A stretch of DNA of 61,920 nucleotides, the filler included, from Chiloscyllium plagiosum (lineage: Eukaryota): assembly GCF_004010195.1 (NCBI RefSeq). It is 3 parts of one record of this genome, joined end to end, with 100 filler letters (N's around TTAATTAATTAA, not from the genome) between each part and the next. Parts side by side here need not be neighbours in the genome. Positions count along the whole stretch, not along the records: positions 40,328 to 61,920 come from NC_057717.1; 2 more parts are not named here. One strand, written 5' to 3'. The translations under genes and the position numbers were made by a program. Shown here piece after piece: positions 49,200 through 61,920 of this stretch (position 1 is the stretch's first letter; each line of letters begins with the position of its first letter). The notes beneath the pieces were generated by a model, which was given only the letters and a program-made list of their open reading frames with translations, made no database searches and was not told where the DNA came from.

Positions 49200-50540
49200 T
49201 GCTCAGCATTGATGCTGGATCCTGTGGCTGCTAGGCTGCTTCGTGGCAAGTTATGGGGCAGTCAATAAAAGGGAAACATATAAGTGACCACATCATCACC
49301 GATCTGCCTGCTGCAGATACACCTCTCCATTTCATATATTAGTAAGAAAGATCACTGCACAGTCCTTATAGGGAGGAGCGGCTATCTTCATTTTGTCGAC
49401 CTTCCACCGTTTTATGTAGCAATCTGTGCGCTGAACCGCACAGCATTTGAACAGATTGAGCAACTAACAACGAGGAGTCAATGAAATGCAGTGGGCCATC
49501 GGCAACAGCACAACTCATACAATCGGCAACCTCACGGCCCGGCATACTTCCCACTGTATAATAACCATCACGGCTAAACATACCTCTCACTGTGTAGTAA
49601 CCATCTCGCCAGGGATCCTCGCTGGGTCAGTGAAGAGTACAGAAGGATATGTTGGGAGCGGAACCAGCCAGACCTAGATATGAGGGGACAACCTAGAAAA
49701 AGATCTTACTGCCTTCAACTACAAAGCAGGGCAACTTGCATGCTAAGAAGCATAAGCAGCCAGTGCTGGACAGAGCTCAGTGATCCCACAGTCAATGGTG
49801 CAGATCTATCTTTACAGTCCTGCCACATGTAGTTATAAAAGACAGTGGAAAATGAAAGAGAACATTGAAGGAGGAGGCTGCTCTCCAACAATGAAATTCC
49901 TAGTTATGGGGGAGTGCAGCACATCAGGGAAACAAAATAAAGCTGCTGCATTTGGAACAATCTTCAGCCAGAAGGGCTGAGCAGATGATTCATTTCAGCC
50001 TCCTTGAGTAAGCCCCAGCATCACAGACACCAGCCTTCAGACAATTCAATTCACTCCACACAATGTCAAGAAATGGCTGGAGACACTGCAAACTGTGTTT
50101 TAACTCCAGAGATTGCCACATCTCTAACCAAGCTGATCCATTTCAGCAAGAACACTGACACCTACCAATAAAGTGTCCAAGTGTGTCCTGTACACAAAAA
50201 GCAGGGCCCTTGTATTCCAGCCAGTCACTGACCCATCAGTGTAGGTTCTACCATGGAAATATGATGGAAAGTGTCAGTAATAATGGGATCAATCAGCAAT
50301 AACGAGCTCAGTGTCATTCAGTTAGTGACCCGCCAGTCTCTCTGAGTTCCTGAGTCCATTGCAAGCTCAGTTCAAAAGAGTGGAACTTCAAAGGGACATT
50401 GAGCGTAATTACTCTTCATATGAAGGCACCATGTAACAGGGTGTGACAATAGGAGCCCAAGTGTAATTATACTTACTCAGAATCTGGAGGAATTACTCTC
50501 CTGGTTGGAATTATCCCCAGCAAAAATAATGCCTGTTGTC
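49200..50540 (+). mobile_element. Decayed copy of the 1-3065 LINE family (APE to RT) with a 36-bp internal tandem repeat
   Basis: gatcactgcacagtcctt (DHCTVL), gctgcatttggaacaatcttcagccagaag, gtgtgtcctgtacacaaaaagcagg. Confidence 0.75.
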
Positions 50541-50589
50541 AATGTGAGTAATTATCCCCGGCAACAATGCAACAAGAAACAAAAAAAGG

Positions 50590-51889
50590 AAAAAACGTAA
50601 ACAAGGAGTTAGGAGAGGGAAAAGCCACCATGAGACAAATCAGTCTTTGGCAAACAGGATGAAGGAAAATCCCAAATTGGTTTATCAGGATTAAGAGCGT
50701 AGCCAGAGACAGTAGGCACACTCAAGGACAAATGATGGGAATTTCAACGTGGAGCTGGAGGAAGTGTGTGAAGTCCTTAACATACACTTTTCATTCGTAT
50801 TCAGAATGAGAAGGACGTGGTTTATGGTGAGTTGAGAGAAGGATTTGTTGATATTACAGAGCATTTTAATATTCAGTCACAGGAGAGATTCCAGAGAACT
50901 GCATAATAGCAAATATTGTTTCCTTGTTGAAGAATGGCAGCAGGGTAATCCTGGAAATTTTAGGTCGTAAGCCTTATGTCAGTGGCAGGGAAACTATCAG
51001 AGGTTCTTAGAAATAGAGCTGCCTCACATTCTGAAAAATACAGACTTACGAACGAAAGGCAACATGGCTTTTTGCGGTGAAGATCATGTCTCAGAAAATT
51101 GAGTGGATATTTTGAGAAAGTGACAAAGGTGATGGATCAGGGTATGGGGCTTGACGTTGGCCATATGGACCTTAGTAAGGCCTTTGATATGGTTCCTTAT
51201 GGCAGGCTCATACAGTAGTTGGAGTCAAAAAGTATCAGCGGTTCCTTGGTAAAATGGATAGAGAACTGTTTCGTCATATAAGACAGAGTATTGGTAGAAG
51301 GGTGTTTTTGTAACTGGACATCTGTGAATAGATTGGGTGAGTTGTGGATCGTGTCGATGAATGCCAGAGGATGCAGCAGCTGGAGTCTTGGATAGAGAAA
51401 AGGTAGATTTAAGTTAATGTGAACGATTGCGGGAGGAGGCACTTTAGAAGGTCAGCTGCATGAAAGAAATACACAGTTGATGGAAAAATTCGTACTAGCA
51501 TCAATATTCGAAGACATCTCAGGTTACAGTTCCATAGTCCCCTGAAAGTGACAACAGGGATGGATATGGTGGGAAAGAAGACTTATGGCAAGCTTGTGGA
51601 CATCTATCAGAGCATACAGTATAAACATTGACAGGTCATGTTGCAGCTCTATTTACTATGGGCACATTTGAAACATTGTTGCCACACCAGCAAAACAACG
51701 TGCAGGTGTTTGAGATGGTATGGAAAAGTTTTACCAGGATGTTGTCTGGGTTGGAGAGCATTAGCCATAAGAAGAAATTGGACAAACTTGGTTTGATTTT
51801 TACTTGGACATCAGTGACTGATGGGCTACCTGATAGACATTTACCAAATTTTCAAAGGCAGAGACAGAAGGATAGCTAGAGGCTTTTTC
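50590..51889 (+). mobile_element. Old CR1 ORF2 fragment
   Basis: aaggaaaatcccaaa (KENPK), caacatggcttt (QHGF), atggaccttagtaaggcctttgat (MDLSKAFD). Confidence 0.75.
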
Positions 51890-52650
51890 NNNNNNNNNNN
51901 NNNNNNNNNNNNNNNNNNNNNNNNNNNNNNNNNNNNNNNNNNNNNNNNNNNNNNNNNNNNNNNNNNNNNNNNNNNNNNNNNNNNNNNNNNNNNNNNNNNN
52001 NNNNNNNNNNNNNNNNNNNNNNNNNNNNNNNNNNNNNNNNNNNNNNNNNNNNNNNNNNNNNNNNNNNNNNNNNNNNNNNNNNNNNNNNNNNNNNNNNNNN
52101 NNNNNNNNNNNNNNNNNNNNNNNNNNNNNNNNNNNNNNNNNNNNNNNNNNNNNNNNNNNNNNNNNNNNNNNNNNNNNNNNNNNNNNNNNNNNNNNNNNNN
52201 NNNNNNNNNNNNNNNNNNNNNNNNNNNNNNNNNNNNNNNNNNNNNNNNNNNNNNNNNNNNNNNNNNNNNNNNNNNNNNNNNNNNNNNNNNNNNNNNNNNN
52301 NNNNNNNNNNNNNNNNNNNNNNNNNNNNNNNNNNNNNNNNNNNNNNNNNNNNNNNNNNNNNNNNNNNNNNNNNNNNNNNNNNNNNNNNNNNNNNNNNNNN
52401 NNNNNNNNNNNNNNNNNNNNNNNNNNNNNNNNNNNNNNNNNNNNNNNNNNNNNNNNNNNNNNNNNNNNNNNNNNNNNNNNNNNNNNNNNNNNNNNNNNNN
52501 NNNNNNNNNNNNNNNNNNNNNNNNNNNNNNNNNNNNNNNNNNNNNNNNNNNNNNNNNNNNNNNNNNNNNNNNNNNNNNNNNNNNNNNNNNNNNNNNNNNN
52601 NNNNNNNNNNNNNNNNNNNNNNNNNNNNNNNNNNNNNNNNNNNNNNNNNN

Positions 52651-52782
52651 ACTGTCCCTCTGTGCTGCTCACTCCGTGTTTATACACACTCAGTGCTGCT
52701 GCAAGGACACTGTGCCCAGGAACACACACCCAGCTCATGGACTGTCCCTCTGGGCTGCTCACTCCGTGTTTGTACACACTCA
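52651..52782. repeat. 90-bp tandem repeat running into the gap
   Basis: actgtccctctg(t/g)gctgctcactccgtgttt(a/g)tacacactca at 52651 and 52741. Confidence 0.8.
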
Positions 52783-52989
52783 TTTTGAGCTGACTTAACT
52801 GCTCACAGAATTATTGCCTTGCCTTACCCTGCCCTCAGCAGTGTTTCCCCTCAGCCAGAGCTACCAGGCTCATCCGCCTGCGGTATTGTCTTGGTGTTCA
52901 ACACAGACACAAACCCTGGAAGTTTGGTATCGTTGTCCACAGTCAGTCACGGTGCCCAGCACAGTGAGGCAAGGGGAGTCTCAGATCCC

Positions 52990-53626
52990 AGTCCGGGAGC
53001 TTGGACACGGTCAGACAGCCTCTTGTTGTTGTTAGGGTCAGGATCCTTCCCCTGTGATGGGGTGAGGAGCTGAATGTTGGGGAGCCCCCTATCCCTCTTG
53101 GCTCTTTCTACTCTCGTGTGGGGTGGTTCCTTCCGAAATGTGAGAATTACCAAGCGGTATTAAGGGAGGTGGAATTGTTTGTTACAGCTGGTAAAGCTGG
53201 GGGAAAGGTAGAGAGGTGTCCTGAGTGAGTAAGTGGGCAGCACAGACACAAGGTAGTGTTGGGGAGAGGGACAGAGAAGAGGTAATAGAGAGACCGAGAG
53301 AAGGTGCTGCATTCAGTGAGAGTGGGAGAACATGAGGGATGTGGGTGCAGTAACAGAGAGAGAGGGCGAGGTCACAAAATACAGATGGTGGCACTTACCC
53401 TGGTGGAGTGGAGAAGGTCACTGACCTCCTTGCTAAACTGCTACCCAGAAGGCTGACACCTCACTAACATAGGGGTCAACCTCAGGCGAAGCTGGCAGGA
53501 TCTGGTGCCGTGGCCTCTCCTGCCAGTCCTGGAGGAAGATAATGTCCCACTCCTGCACTATGACATCCACCAGAACCTCAGGGACGTTTCCCCAAGGTGA
53601 AGTCACAGTTTTATCCCCTCTGCCAT
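52990..53626 (-). pseudogene. Decayed two-exon Myb/SANT-like DNA-binding gene of a PIF/Harbinger transposon
   Basis: Exon 1 (53626-53399, frameshifted): MAEG...EVLVDVIVQEWDIIF...RPRHQILPASPEVDPYVSEVS...QFSKEVSDLLHSTR, donor gtaagtg. Exon 2 from about 53132: KEPPHTRVERAKRDRGLPNIQLLTP. Resembles Myb_DNA-bind_5/NAIF1-type proteins. Possible element terminus gaaaattccctgcc at about 54048-54062. Confidence 0.65.
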
Positions 53627-56148
53627 GTCCAGGGCAGCTTTGGCTTGACAATCCAAGAGTGCAATTTATTTAAGATGGCCCCTGGAACAGGGAGGCTAGT
53701 GCATTCTGGGATATCCAGGTAGTGGGCAGTTGTTATGATGAAGGGGAAAATCATCGCGTTAGTGTCAGAGGAGAGGAAGACCACGTGGCCAGGGAAGGTA
53801 GTTAATGAGGCGGATTGGGACGGTATAATGAGAAAATGGACTTCACCTTGTGGAGACAAACCTTCCATGAAACTGGTCCAAAACGGGACTTGACCAAATC
53901 ATGAGGTTTAGTCGTCTGTCTGCCTGAATCAAAATAAGGATGCATGTTAAATATTGGGAGCACCAACTTGGAGCAGAGAATTATACAGGAGATTCAAATC
54001 CTTAAAATAGGGGTAACACAATGTTCCAGACTGTTAAAAGGAGCCGGCGAAAATTCCCTGCCTTTTCGTTACCCCCATTATCCAGTCCTCCCTGCATGCA
54101 GGGATGGTGTCGGAGGATTGGATAACAGCTAACAGCACAGCTTTGTTTAATGTGAAGCAAGGGACTGACTGAAAATTTCGAGGCTGGAATCTGCGATAGT
54201 GGATAAACAGTCACTGAGGAAGTCCCAGGGACTCCAGGACAGTCGGTCTGGATTTGTTCAAGGAAGTTCGTGTGTAATTAATCTGACTGTATCGGTCTGA
54301 GGCAGTAACGTGTAACTGCATGTGACTTATTTGGATTTGGCGAGAGATCCCATGGCAGGTAAAAACAGAAACTATGGGGTCCAGGTGAATGGAGCAAACA
54401 ACCCAGAGAAGTGCAAGACAAGGCATTTGGGAACCTCGACAATAGAGAAGAATGTACAATAAATGAGAATATGGTCAGTGTGGGCAGGTAAATTAAGGAA
54501 GCTGGAAACACCAATAATCTCGTTAATGAGCAAATGGCACAATTTCCTATATCAGCCAAAGTGCAGAATTTCAGAACAGGAAATGTATGCAGGAACTGTA
54601 TCAATAATGAGTTCAGTCACAGTTTGGGGATTGTGTGCAGTTCTGGTCACCCCATCACATGGAAGGATGGAATTGGTCTCGAGAGAGTACAGAGGAGATT
54701 CTCCAGCCTGTGACAGTGGAAGTGCAGTTATGTGGAAATATTGGAACGGAGGGTGCTGAGAGGAGACTTGATTGGGGTGCACATATTGTCAGGGACCTGG
54801 ATAGAAAAGGAGACAACATCTTGTTGTTGTTGGAGAGCTCAGTTACCAGCGGTGAATCTTTAATGTAATTTGTTTAAATATGACAGAAGTGGTGAGGAAG
54901 GTTATTATATCACCCAGAGTCTGGTCGGGATCTGGGAGTCACACATGGAAGTGGAGTAGATGCAGAAACTCTCAAACCATTTTAAAAACCGCCGGGATCT
55001 GCACGCAATGTCCTACAGTATCCGGGGAGACAGAATTGGGCTTTAAAAAACAACGTTACATCTTTTCCAATGCAGACCGTGGACAGAGTGATCTCTATAC
55101 TGTGCTATTTTCTGAAGTTTTAAAAGGTTACCAATATCTGATAGGATCAATACGCAGGGATGAAGTGAGAGGGCAGGAAGGAGCATTGTGTGAATTGATT
55201 AGCATCACAATAATACTGATCCCATCCTTTATACACAATGCTACTTCACTGTGTTGGCCTACTTATCCTTCCTGTAGAAATCGGGAAAACCTTTGATTAT
55301 TCAGTTCTCAGTCGTGGTCACACTGCAACCCCATCTCCATAATCCCAGCTCAGTCTGACGTGGTTCACACTATTTAAAACTACCATTTCTCTGGCGTTCT
55401 TGAAAAGTCCCCAGCTTTATTCTTGCCCCATTGAAGGCTGCTCTCAGTCAACGAATGTTTCTCGCTCTCACTTATTGCATATCATTCGTTACCATCATCC
55501 TGAACTTTACAATAAAATGATCGCTACTCCCCATATCGTTCCCCTACTGACGTTGGATCCACTTGCCCCCACCTTTTCCAAAGGACAAGGTCCAACAGTA
55601 CATGCTCTCTTGGGTTGGACACATACTCCTGAAGTGAGCTCTCCTCCANNNNNNNNNNNNNNNNNNNNNNNNNNNNNNNNNNNNNNNNNNNNNNNNNNNN
55701 NNNNNNNNNNNNNNNNNNNNNNNNNNNNNNNNNNNNNNNNNNNNNNNNNNNNNNNNNNNNNNNNNNNNNNNNNNNNNNNNNNNNNNNNNNNNNNNNNNNN
55801 NNNNNNNNNNNNNNNNNNNNNNNNNNNNNNNNNNNNNNNNNNNNNNNNNNNNNNNNNNNNNNNNNNNNNNNNNNNNNNNNNNNNNNNNNNNNNNNNNNNN
55901 NNNNNNNNNNNNNNNNNNNNNNNNNNNNNNNNNNNNNNNNNNNNNNNNNNNNNNNNNNNNNNNNNNNNNNNNNNNNNNNNNNNNNNNNNNNNNNNNNNNN
56001 NNNNNNNNNNNNNNNNNNNNNNNNNNNNNNNNNNNNNNNNNNNNNNNNNNNNNNNNNNNNNNNNNNNNNNNNNNNNNNNNNNNNNNNNNNNNNNNNNNNN
56101 NNNNNNNNNNNNNNNNNNNNNNNNNNNNNNNNNNNNNNNNNNNNNNNN

Positions 56149-56630
56149 TGCCTCCACTATTTCCTCAGCCACCTCCGTCAGAACTCTGGGATGTAACCCA
56201 TCAGGGCCAGGAGATTTATCAATTTTAAGACCTTTTAGCTTTTCTAGCACTTTTTCTTCTGTAATGACAACCATACTCAACTCAGCCCCCTGACTCCCTT
56301 TAATTGTTGGGATATTACTCATGTCTTCCACTGTGAAGACTGATGCAAAGTACTTATTAATTCTCCTGCTATTTCCTTATCTCCCGTCACGAGGCTTCCA
56401 GCATCAGTTTGAAGTGGCCCAATGTCTACTTTTGCCTGTCGTTTGTTTCTTATGTATTGAAAGAAACGTTTACTCACATTTCTAATATTACTGGCTCGCC
56501 TACCTTCATATTTGATCCTCTCCTTCCTTGTTTCTCTCTTTGTTATCCTCTGTTTGTTTTTGTAGCCTTCCCAATCTTCTGATTTCCCAGTGCTCTTGGC
56601 CACTTTATAGGCTCTCTCTTTTTCTTTGAT
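56149..56630 (-). mobile_element. Young 5'-truncated CR1 fragment abutting the right inverted arm
   Basis: IKEKERAYKVAK...KVLEKLKGLKIDKSPGPDGLHPRVLTEVAEEIVEA. Confidence 0.88.
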
Positions 56631-59600
56631 AGATAGCCCGTCAGTCACTGATGTCCAAGTAAAAATCAAACCAAGTTTGTCCAATTTCTTCTTAAGGCTA
56701 ATGCTCTCCAACCCAGACAACATCCTGGTAAAACTTTTCCATACCATCTCAAACACCTGCACGTTGTTTTGCTGGTGTGGCAACAATGTTTCAAATGTGC
56801 CCATAGTAAATAGAGCTGCAACATGACCTGTCAATGTTTATACTGTATGCTCTGATAGATGTCCACAAGCTTGCCATAAGTCTTCTTTCCCACCGTATCC
56901 ATCCCTGTTGTCACTTTCAGGGGACGATGGAACTGTAACCTGAGATGTCTTCGAATATTGATGCTCGTACGAATTTTTCCATCTACTGTGTATTTCTTTC
57001 ATGCAGCCGACCTTCTAAAGTGCCTCCTCCCGCAATTGTTCACATTAACTTAAATCTACCTTTTCTCTATCCAAGGAGGCAGCTCTATTTCTAAGAACCT
57101 CTGATAGTTTCCCTGCCACTGACATAAGGCTTACAACCTAAAATTTCCAGGATTACCCTGCTGCCATTCTTCAACAAGGAAACAATATTTGCTATTATGC
57201 AGTTCTCTGGAATCTCTCCTGTGACTGAATATTAAAATGCTCTGTAATATCAACATATCCTTCTCTCAACTCACCATAAACCACGTCCTTCTCATTTTGA
57301 ATACGAATGAAAAGTGTTTGTTAAGGATTTCACACACTTCCTCCAGCTCCACGTTGAAATTCCCATCATTTGTCCTTGAGTGTGCCTAATGTCTCTGGCT
57401 ACGCTCTTAATCCTGATAAACCAATTTGGGATTTTCCTTCATCCTGTTTGCCAAAGACTGATTTGTCTCATGGTGGCTTTTCCCTCTCCTAACTCCTTGT
57501 TTACGTTTTTTCCTTTTTTTGTTTCTTGTTGCATTGTTGCCGGGGATAATTACTCACATTGACAACAGGCATTATTTTTGCTGGGGATAATTCCAACCAG
57601 GAGAGTAATTCCTCCAGATTCTGAGTAAGTATAATTACACTTGGGCTCCTATTGTCACACCCTGTTACATGGTGCCTTCATATGAAGAGTAATTACGCTC
57701 AATGTCCCTTTGAAGTTCCACTCTTTTGAACTGAGCTTGCAATGGACTCAGGAACTCAGAGAGACTGGCGGGTCACTAACTGAATGACACTGAGCTCGTT
57801 ATTGCTGATTGATCCCATTATTACTGACACTTTCCATCATATTTCCACGGTAGAACCTACACCGATGGGTCAGTGACTGGCTGGAATACAAGGGCCCTGC
57901 TTTTTGTGTACAGGACACACATGGGCACTCTATTGGTAGGTGTCAGTGTTCTTGCTGAAATGGATCAGCTTGGTTAGAGATGTGGCAATCTCTGGAGTTA
58001 AAACACAGTTTGCAGTGTCTCCAGCCATTTCTTGACATTGTGTGGAGTGAATTGAATTGTCTGAAGGTTGGTGTCTGTGATGCTGGGGCTTACTCAAGGA
58101 GGCTGAAATGAATCATCTGCTCAGCACTTCTGGCTGAAGATTGTTCCAAATGCAGCAGCTTTCTTTTGTTTCCCTGATGTGTTGCACTCCCCCATAACTG
58201 GGAATTTCATTGTTAGAGGGCAGCCTCCTCCTTCAATGCACTCTTCCATTTTCCACTGCCTTTTATAACTACATGTGACAGGACTGTGAAGATAGATCTG
58301 CACCATTGACTGGGGGATCACTGAGCTCTGTCCAGCACTGGCTGCTTATGCTTCTTAGCATGCAAGTTGGCCTGCTTTGTAGTTGTAGGCAGTAAGATTT
58401 TTTTCTAGGTTGTCCCCTCATATCGAGGTCTGGCTGGTTCCGCTCCCAACATATCCTTCTGTACTCTTCACTGACACAGCGAGGATCCCTGGCTAGATGG
58501 TTCCTATACAGTGGGAGGTATGTTTAGCCGTGATGGTTATAATACAGTGGGATGTATGCCGTGCCGTGATGGTTACTATGGAGTGGGAAGTATGCCGGGC
58601 CGTGAGGTTGCCGATTGTATGTGTTGTGCTGCTGCCGATGGCCCACTGCACTTCATTGACTCCTCGTTGTTAGTTGCTCAATCTGTTCAAATGCTGTGCC
58701 GTTCAGCGCACAGATTGCTACATAAAACGGTGGAAGGTCTACAAAATGAAGATAGCCCTTCCTCCCTATAAGGACTGTGCAGTGATCTTTCTTACCAATA
58801 TATGAAATGGAGAGGTGTATCTGCAGCAGGCAGATCGGTGACGATGTGGTCACTTATATGTTTCCCTTTTATTGACTGCCCCATAACTTGCCACGGAGCA
58901 GCCTAGCAGCCACAGGATCCAGCATCAATGCTGAGCACTGTGTTGAATATATTTATACTAATATTATAAACATATGCCCCCCTCTGCCTGACTGTTTCCT
59001 GTCAATGGGACAGAGAGTATGATGATGTTGCCGGAGTCATAGTCCTGTTCACAGAATCCTGCTTTACAGACAGTACCTGAGTGTTGCTTGATTAGTCTGT
59101 TTGAAATATATGGCAAGTCACTTTTACATTTTGTATCATAGAGCGTTGCTATCACTGTATGTCTTACGTATTTGAAAATTAACCAAACATCATTGCTTTT
59201 CAGTTATAAATAATTGAAGTGAACAAAAATTAAATTACTAGAGTACACACCTAATTATTATACAACTCAGTGACTGTACTAAACATCTTCAGAGCAGTGA
59301 ATTTACCACCTGGCAGTCAGGAGATCTCCTGCACATGACATTTTTTAAAAAACAAAACCTGCATTCAGAAACAGTGCTCCACACCTCACCACTACAATCT
59401 GCAAAATACTGACTATCTACTAAGTTTGTCCAGAGTTCTTCCAAACTTGAGCTGGACTGTTATTCACACTATCCCTTACAATAGAAACAGCCCGAATCAA
59501 CAAGGAAATGCATGAGACAGCTTGTTCAAAGGACCTTCACAGTGCTCCATTCTGGTCTAAATGCACTTCAACATTTGTATAAATGACCTGCCAACAACCA

Positions 59601-61920
59601 TGTCATGCAATGTTATCGCTGCTGATGACTTCAAGTGTGTCACCAAAGCTATATAATTCTGCACCTTGGACCCAATCCCCCTCAAGATGTTATAAATTTG
59701 ATGGACTCCTGCAGCACATGGCGTCTTACATCGAACCCTCACAAACCATATCGAGTGTACATCAGCTCCACAATGTCAGTATCCAAACAGTGACCAGACT
59801 GAGCATTTAAAAGTCCCTGATTGTGATTTGCTCACTCTTTTCATTATATTCTCATCGTAAAATTGAACTAAACAACTGTCTGGGTTTGGAAACAAATGGA
59901 ATTTTCTACGTAAATATTTTCTGTATTGCTTTAACCAATCTATCAAACACTCTCAGGTCAGTGTAATAATGCTGGCACTTTCAGAAGGTTATTTTGTCCT
60001 TGGGTTTTATTGTAAATGAGAAGTTGTAACGGCAGAGATGTCAAAATGTCTCACAAAGAGCCCAGTTGAACCATGGTAGAGGAGTGGCCCAGTTCAGGTT
60101 TTTGTTTTGATTTGGTTTATTTGTAACAGAGAAGCTGTCGATAGCAGGCACAGAAGCTGTTGCAGCTGAAACAGGTTCCATGCTTCAGTAGATGATCCCT
60201 GACTGATTTTTCGCTCAGAAATCTCTCCTGCCTGTAAAGTCCTTGTTTACATTTACCTTTCACCAAATGGTGTGTTTATGGGATGTTACAGGAATTGGAA
60301 CAGCTCTTTCGTTAAGTTGCAGTACTGAGATGCTTGAGTTTTCAAATAATGAAGTTATTCTAAATTCTGTTTTCTTATTGTTTCAGCTGTAATATTTCAA
60401 TAACATTGTGTTTTGCTTAAAGCCGAGTGGTTTAACCAGCTGCATCACTCCTGGAATATTCACCCCACATCGTCTTTGAAATAAGAATGTTAGGGTCAAG
60501 AATACCTTCTTACATTATTTTGATGACTCTGGCATGGTCCATCATATCATGGACAATACATCTGGTTAAATACAAAGGAGATGCCCCTCTTTTTTATCGT
60601 AATATTAAATGGAAAATAAGGTTCCCTCGTTATCATATCTATCAATTACTCTAGAACAGATATAGCCTGGATTCAGATATACTGTAAAGCGCTCTCCACA
60701 TTCAGCATTTTCAAATCCTCCGGCCATGTTCAACATAGAGCTAGATATTCATGTAATCACACCATACACCGTCATCATCAAATAATCCCTGGACAGGCAT
60801 AGCCCAGGGTAGATAGAGAATAAATATCTGTACTCATTTAAAATTAAGTCCAGCTCCCTCAATGTTATCCCCACTGAACACTCCTACGATGTAGACTGCA
60901 GAGGGTTTGATACAGTATGTTGCTCCTGAACAGTTTCAAACTGAAAGTATACTTAAAGTAACTCTCACTCAAGATTTTCTACATCAGAAAACATCCATGA
61001 TGAAACTAGATACAGCTTAAAGCTCCTTCTACTCTTTTAATCTCACTCTCTGCAATGTCTCCATCAAACTAGGTCTGGACGGGTACAGGGTAGGGATAGA
61101 TACAAAATAAAGCTGAATCTGCATTCTCTTCCGAGAAATACTCCCATGATAGGCACTCCACAGTGGTAGGTAGCGAGTAAAGATGTCTCAGTGGTTAGCA
61201 CCATCATCTCACCAGGCCAGATGATTCTACTCCCAGAAATCTATCTGTTTGGAGACTGCATGTTCTCCCCGTGTCTGCGTGTTTTTCCACTGGGTGCTCT
61301 AGTTTCCTCTCACAATACAAAGTTGTGCAGGTAAGCTGGATTGGCCGTGGGAAATTGTCCATAGCATTCTGGGGTGTAGGTTGAATCACCATGGGAAATG
61401 CGGAATTACAGATGTCTAGGTGAGATGCTCTTTGGAAGGTCGGTGTGAGCCCTTTGGTCCGTACAGCCTTTTTCTATGCATTCTTTGTTCTGTTCTGATT
61501 ATCCGTCAAATTTATGGATCTTACGACCATCACACGAACACGTCCTAATTCCATGTTCTGTTTTGTGCTCCCAAACAGAACACCTGATTCCAATATGGTG
61601 TGTGATACTGGAGCCTCTCAGGGTCGCTGATTGGGCAGGAGGAGAGGAATATTTCTCGTAGACGATATCACTGTCCCTCTCTTTCCATCCCTCTCTCTCT
61701 ACCTCTCTTTCCCTACCTCTTCCACATGCATAAACTCTCTCTGTCTCTCCATGTCTGTCCGTCTCTCTTTGTCGCCCTCTCTTGCAAACAAAATCTTGCA
61801 ATCTCTCTCTCCGGCATAATCCCATTCTCCATCTCTAATGTAAAATCTCACTCTCTATCATGTATAATCTTATTAGGGATCTCTCATACACATTTACACT
61901 TTGTCCTCCTCTCCTACACA
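56631..61920 (-). repeat. Right arm of the inverted duplication (runs off the window end)
   Basis: 61920 pairs with 46204 and 56631 with 51831. Lacks left-arm 51026-51386 (junction 57075/57076) and has one extra 36-bp unit. Confidence 0.95.

Larger units (their letters stand above)
46204..51831 (+). repeat. Left arm of a large inverted duplication
   Basis: Reverse complement of 56631-61920. Mirrored ORFs, e.g. 48326-48553(-) vs 59583-59810(+) and 50539-50721(-) vs 57380-57562(+), are nearly identical. Confidence 0.95.

Overview
Repeat-dense eukaryotic genomic DNA, almost certainly from a shark (HE1/V-SINE and SacSINE1-like SINEs, CR1, Rex1/Babar and Penelope-like elements), from a gapped draft assembly with artificial TTAATTAATTAA linkers. 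I found no intact host gene. The host-gene signal is three disabled, paralogous first exons of a GPR139-like class A GPCR (about 15.0, 25.9 and 31.3 kb) in a patchwork of local duplications. One copy carries a 42-bp N-terminal coding repeat, a fourth module has lost the exon by deletion, and I saw no second (7TM) exon. Other notable structures: a roughly 22-copy minisatellite made from a LINE reverse-transcriptase motif; an ORF2-only LINE with a tRNA/Deu SINE-like head whose ends match the local SINE; a 276-bp coding-like AT-rich insert flanked by a 61-bp direct repeat; Penelope hammerhead motifs; and a >5-kb inverted duplication around a decayed Harbinger Myb/SANT gene. Element boundaries were read by eye and are approximate unless a junction is quoted; family names are from recall, not from a database search.
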